Translations under genes and position numbers: made by a program
In this document: positions 55,948 through 64,000 of the stretch, piece by piece
How positions within the stretch are numbered: the first letter of the stretch is position 1
Layout of the letters: every line of letters starts with the position of its first letter
Notes under the pieces: generated by a model
The model's input: the letters and a program-made list of their open reading frames with translations, nothing else
Told to the model about the DNA's origin: nothing
The model's database searches: none
From: Myxococcota bacterium
GTDB taxonomy: Bacteria; Myxococcota_A; UBA9160; JAFDDA01
Assembly: GCA_965228475.1 (NCBI GenBank)
Contig: OZ245817.1
Span: forward strand, 2,336,001 to 2,400,000
Direction of reading: 5' to 3'
Length of the DNA: 64,000 bases

Positions 55948-56044
55948 GCGAAAAGGCTGCGCCGCGGGCGTGGCGCTGTCAATCCCACCGGCCCTGCGGC
56001 CGCTCCCCGCTTGGGAGGAAGGCGCTGTGGTAGCTTCGCGCGCG

Positions 56045-56662
56045 ATGGCACCTCTCCGGTCGGCGTGTTGGGGATTCCTCGCGCTCGCCCTCGCCTTTCC
56101 GGCGACGGCGCAGGGGCCGGACCTCAACTACCTGGCCCTCGACTGGGTGCGCGGCCGCTTCGCCTCCCCGGTCGTCTGCGAAGGCGGCGGCGAGGCCGCT
56201 CGGGTCCAGCGGCGTCTGACGGTGGCGCCCGGCCCGAAGCGCGCCCGGCCCATCACGAACCGGATCACCTTCCACGGCATCGACGTCAAGAAGGCCGAGC
56301 GCTGCATGGACGTTCTCGGCAAGGACCAGCCGGAGGTACGCGGGGGGATCCAGATCACCCTCCCCGGCCACTCGCGCCCGGACCTCGCCCCCTCCGAGTT
56401 CCGCCGGGTCCTGCGCAACGAGGGAGGCTTCGACTTCGACATCACCGAGGGCCGCCTCCAGCTCACGGACTGGAGCGTGCCTCGCGAGCGTCGGGTCATC
56501 GACCTCCGGGGCGGGAAGGCGCGGTTCCGGGCCGTGCGCCGCGGGAGCGACGCCGCGCGGATCCTCTCGGGCTACGAGAGCCCACAGAAGCTGACGCTGG
56601 AGCTCGAGGCGCCCGAGGGTGAGACGCTGCAGTTCCAGCTCGCGCTCTACGACTTCCGGTGA
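56045..56662 (+). CDS. Hypothetical secreted protein
   Basis: Signal peptide (ATA). Its stop overlaps the start of the next gene. Confidence 0.65.
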   Translation: MAPLRSACWGFLALALAFPATAQGPDLNYLALDWVRGRFASPVVCEGGGEAARVQRRLTVAPGPKRARPITNRITFHGIDVKKAERCMDVLGKDQPEVRGGIQITLPGHSRPDLAPSEFRRVLRNEGGFDFDITEGRLQLTDWSVPRERRVIDLRGGKARFRAVRRGSDAARILSGYESPQKLTLELEAPEGETLQFQLALYDFR

Positions 56663-57906
56663 ACGGCCCCTTCGAACGGGACGGGCTCCGCTGGTGGCTG
56701 GCCGACGGTGTCGAGCCCGAAGGCTTCTTCGCGCTCGCCGCCTCCGCCGCGAAGGCCCTCGAAGCCGGTGCCGAGCCGTTCAAGGCCGGGCGGCGCAAGC
56801 ACGCCTGGCGCCTGGCGCTGCGTGGGCCGGCCGAGGACCACCTCTGGAAGGTGAATCACTACCCCGCCGGGAAGCGCGCGCCCCGGGTCTCGAAGGCGCG
56901 GCGAGAGCTCGCCCGCGCCGAGGCCGTGGCGGCCCGCGGCGTCGCCACGCCGGTCCCGCTCGCGGCCGGCGAGGAGATCCGCGACGGGAAGCTCGTCTCC
57001 TGCCGCCTGGCCGTCGCGCTGCTGCCGGGCGTGCAAGACCTGCGCGCCCGTCTCGATGCGGCACCCGAAGCGCCCGCAACGCGGCGGGAGATGGCGACCG
57101 CCTTCGGCGCTTTCGCTTGCGCACTCCACGAGGCGGGCATCCACCAGGACGACTTCCAGCCGAACAACTTCCTGGTGCGGCACGGAGCGGGTGGGACGCC
57201 CGAGTTCCTCGCCATCGACTTCGAGCGAACGCGCATCGTCCGGTTCCGGCGAAGCGTTCCGAGGCGGCTGCGGCTGCGCGCCCTCGCGAAGCTCGACCGC
57301 GAGACCCACGCGCTGCCGGCCTCCCTGCGTCACCGCTTTCTCCTCGGCTACGCGGGGGGCGATGTCGGCGAAGCCCGCCAGCTCGCAAGCGAGATCGCCG
57401 AGGCTGCGGCCGTCCTCGCCCGGCGCGACCGGGCCCGTCTCGAGCGCATCGCCGTCCCGGGCCGCCGCTACATCGCCTGGGGCAAGGGGCTGGCGCGGAA
57501 AGGCCAGGAGACCGCGCTCGAGCCCGGTGGCGCCGCGGAAGAGGTGTTCCTCGCGGGTACCGAAGAGGCTTCCGCCCTCGCGACCTTTGCTTCCGCCCTC
57601 ACCCTCGCCGCGCGCGGCCTGGCCCCGCGGCCCGTCGGCGTCTCGTGGGAAGGGCCCCGCGCGCGCCTCTACTTCGCGCCCGCTCCGGGGGGCGCCGCGC
57701 CCCCGGACGATGCCGCGCTCCGCGTCCTCGAGCACAAGCTCGCGCGCTACGGGCGTCTCGCGCACCCGCCTTCGGCGGACGACGTTTCCTTCGAGCAGAG
57801 TTCGGGCCGGACCGTCGCGCGGCTGCGCAACGTCGAACGCTGGGAGGTCAGGCCGCGCTTCGGTGGCCGAGGCGGATCCGCTGGACGACCTCGATCAGGT
57901 CGCTGA
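56659..57906 (+). CDS. Lipopolysaccharide kinase (Kdo/WaaP/InaA)-like protein
   Basis: LWK, RRE, GVATPVPLA and LHEAGIHQDDFQPNNFLV...IDFE kinase motifs. Confidence 0.7.
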   Translation: MNGPFERDGLRWWLADGVEPEGFFALAASAAKALEAGAEPFKAGRRKHAWRLALRGPAEDHLWKVNHYPAGKRAPRVSKARRELARAEAVAARGVATPVPLAAGEEIRDGKLVSCRLAVALLPGVQDLRARLDAAPEAPATRREMATAFGAFACALHEAGIHQDDFQPNNFLVRHGAGGTPEFLAIDFERTRIVRFRRSVPRRLRLRALAKLDRETHALPASLRHRFLLGYAGGDVGEARQLASEIAEAAAVLARRDRARLERIAVPGRRYIAWGKGLARKGQETALEPGGAAEEVFLAGTEEASALATFASALTLAARGLAPRPVGVSWEGPRARLYFAPAPGGAAPPDDAALRVLEHKLARYGRLAHPPSADDVSFEQSSGRTVARLRNVERWEVRPRFGGRGGSAGRPRSGR

Positions 57907-58177
57907 TCGCCTTGCGCGAGGCCTCGGCCTCGCCCTCTTTCGCGGCGGATGCGACCTCGCCCGCGCCTTCGGCCAGCACGGGATAACCGAGCTGGGCGGC
58001 CTCCTCGGCGTGGGCGTCGGCGAGGCTTCGTACGCCCGCCAGATTTCCCGCGGCATGGGCGTCCTGGAGATCGTCGATCCATTCGCCGAGGCCGACGACG
58101 AAGCGATCGATCGCCGGGGCCACCTCCGCGTCGTCTTCGCGGGTGGATCGGATCGGGGACAGCCGGTCGTTCGACAT
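57848..58177 (-). CDS. Small Hpt-like helical protein (degenerate)
   Basis: PIRSTREDD...IDRFVVGL...LQDA...AAQLGYPVL resembles stand-alone Hpt domains, but the canonical HxLKG motif is altered. Preceded by TCAGC-N15-GCCGATA. Confidence 0.55.
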   Translation of the reverse strand: MSNDRLSPIRSTREDDAEVAPAIDRFVVGLGEWIDDLQDAHAAGNLAGVRSLADAHAEEAAQLGYPVLAEGAGEVASAAKEGEAEASRKAISDLIEVVQRIRLGHRSAA

Positions 58178-58212
58178 GTCCGGCGTATCGGCCGGAGCCG
58201 CCCGGGAGCTGA

Positions 58213-62423
<4,211 letters not shown>

Positions 62424-62502
62424 GGGCCGCGCAGCGTACCCCAAGTTCGCAGCGCTGGGTCGCCTCCCGCCGCCTCCCGAGCCGTCCGTGTACACTGCCG
62501 TG

Positions 62503-63510
62503 ATGCCGAAGAACACCCAGATCGTTCTCGTCGAACGCCCGAGCGGCGCTCTCGAAGAGTCCCACTTCTCCGTCCGCGAGGCGGAGGTGCCCCAGGCGGC
62601 CGATGGGCAGGTCGTCGTCCGCAACGTCCTGCTCTCCCAGGACGCGGCCAACCGCGCCTGGATGCAGGGCGCGACCTACCGCGAGGCCGTGAACGAGGGC
62701 GACGTCATGCACGGCTATGCCATCGGCCAGGTCGTCGAGTCGAAGGCCGCCGGCTGGGCCGAAGGCGACCTCGTCATGGGCGAGATCGGCTGGCAGGAGT
62801 ACGCCGCCCTCGACGGCCGCGCCGTCACCGCGTGTACGGACCACCGGCCGCTCTCCCAACAGATCTCCGTGCTCGGCATCGCCGGGCTCACCGCCTACCA
62901 CGGGCTCCTCAACGTCCCGGGCATCGCCGAAGGCGAGACCCTGCTCGTGTCCGCCGCAGCGGGGTCGGTCGGCTCGCTCGTCGGGCAGATCGGACGTTTG
63001 AAGGGCGCCCGGGTGGTCGGTATCGCCGGCGGCCCGGAGAAGTGCGGCTGGGTCGTCGACGAGCTCGGCTTCGACGCCTGCATCGACTACAAGGGCGAGG
63101 ACGTCTCCGCGGGCATCGCGAAGCACGCCCCGGACGGCATCGACGTCTACTTCGACAACGTGGGCGGGCCGATTCTCCAGGCGGCGCTGTTCGCCATGAA
63201 GGATCACGGCCGCATCTCCTGCTGCGGCGCCGTCTCGATGTACGACGGCGGTCCGCTCACCGGCCCCGTCGGCGTCCCGGGCCTGCTGGTGGTGAAGCGC
63301 ATCCGGATGGAGGGCTTCATCGTGATGGACTTCATGGACCGGAACGCCGAGGCGCTCCACGCGCTCTCGGGCTGGGCCGCGAGCGGGGATCTCGTGGTCG
63401 CCGAGGACATCATCGAAGGCCTCGAGAATGCGCCGCGCGGGCTGATCGGGCTCCTGGCGGGGGAGAACCGCGGGAAGCGCATGATCCGGGTCTCGCCGGA
63501 CCCGAGCTGA
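62503..63510 (+). CDS. NADP-dependent oxidoreductase (prostaglandin reductase / YncB-like)
   Basis: GLTAYHGL, SAAAGSVG, GIAGGPEKC, DVYFDNVGG and GENRGK. Confidence 0.92.
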   Translation: MPKNTQIVLVERPSGALEESHFSVREAEVPQAADGQVVVRNVLLSQDAANRAWMQGATYREAVNEGDVMHGYAIGQVVESKAAGWAEGDLVMGEIGWQEYAALDGRAVTACTDHRPLSQQISVLGIAGLTAYHGLLNVPGIAEGETLLVSAAAGSVGSLVGQIGRLKGARVVGIAGGPEKCGWVVDELGFDACIDYKGEDVSAGIAKHAPDGIDVYFDNVGGPILQAALFAMKDHGRISCCGAVSMYDGGPLTGPVGVPGLLVVKRIRMEGFIVMDFMDRNAEALHALSGWAASGDLVVAEDIIEGLENAPRGLIGLLAGENRGKRMIRVSPDPS

Positions 63511-63521
63511 GCCGCCCCGAG

Positions 63522-64000
63522 CTAGAACCCGAAGCTCTCGAGCCCCCGGCAGTACTTCGAGATCTTGTTCACGAAGAACGGGAAGACGCCCGTGATGCGG
63601 TCGGCTTTGTCGTCCGCGTCGGGGTCGTACTTCAGCTCGACGACGACGCTCTCGCGGTCGATCGCGCGGGCCAGCAGCCGGTTGCGGAAGCGGCGCAGGC
63701 GATGGAACTCGAGGTCGCGGTCGAGGGTCAGGCGGAAGCGCCCGCAGCGGGAGGCCCAGTACTCGCGGCGGTAGCGGTTGAGCAGGGTCGGCTGGAGGCT
63801 CGTGAGCTCCGCCCGGCGCGCGGGCGGGAGATCGCAGGCGAGCAGCACGTCGGTCAGGCGCTCGGCGTCGAAGGGGCGATCGAGCCGGAACGCGGGCGCG
63901 CCGAAAGCCTCCTTGCGACCAAGCAGGTTGCGCTTGATCTTGAACTCGAGCCGCCCGCCCTCGATCTCGCCCTCCGGCTCGCCGTACCAGCGCAGCCGGA
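63522..64000 (-). CDS. VTC / polyphosphate-polymerase domain protein, 5'-truncated by the window edge
   Basis: RLRWYG...LEFKIK...NRYRREY...RLTLD...VVELKY...ISKYCRG. Confidence 0.8.
   Translation of the reverse strand, partial: RLRWYGEPEGEIEGGRLEFKIKRNLLGRKEAFGAPAFRLDRPFDAERLTDVLLACDLPPARRAELTSLQPTLLNRYRREYWASRCGRFRLTLDRDLEFHRLRRFRNRLLARAIDRESVVVELKYDPDADDKADRITGVFPFFVNKISKYCRGLESFGF

Overview
64 kb of a very GC-rich bacterial chromosome. Gene content (REC-PilZ proteins, PEP-CTERM proteins, thrombospondin/EF-hand-type secreted protein, bacterial histone) suggests a Myxococcota-like diderm; this is an inference. The window holds about 60 genes. They include lipid and steroid catabolism (P450, EchA19-like hydratase, FadA5-like thiolase, CoA-transferase, WS/DGAT), tungstate ABC uptake (tupABC), ydbH-ynbE-ydbL, tRNA modification and housekeeping genes (tgt, queA, miaA, mutL, der, slt) and an initiator tRNA-Met. 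The most notable observations are: (1) a 28-bp Xer dif site at 46369-46396 with KOPS-like octamers switching strand around it, so the window probably spans the replication terminus; (2) a bacterial histone-fold protein with an N-terminal Zn-binding domain, and a separate histone-H1-like/FYDLN zinc-ribbon fusion near dif; (3) a cluster of unrelated PEP-CTERM surface proteins around a rhomboid protease next to tRNA-fMet, plus a nearly passenger-less mini PEP-CTERM protein; (4) a recurring TCAAG-N15-(G/T)CCGAT sigma-28-like promoter in front of mostly signalling genes; (5) many apparently leaderless genes; (6) paired TetR operators, a hairpin that occludes a Shine-Dalgarno (SD) site, and short tandem repeats. 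No CRISPR array, rRNA, integrase or transposase was seen. All calls come from reading sequence and motifs by eye; no searches were run.
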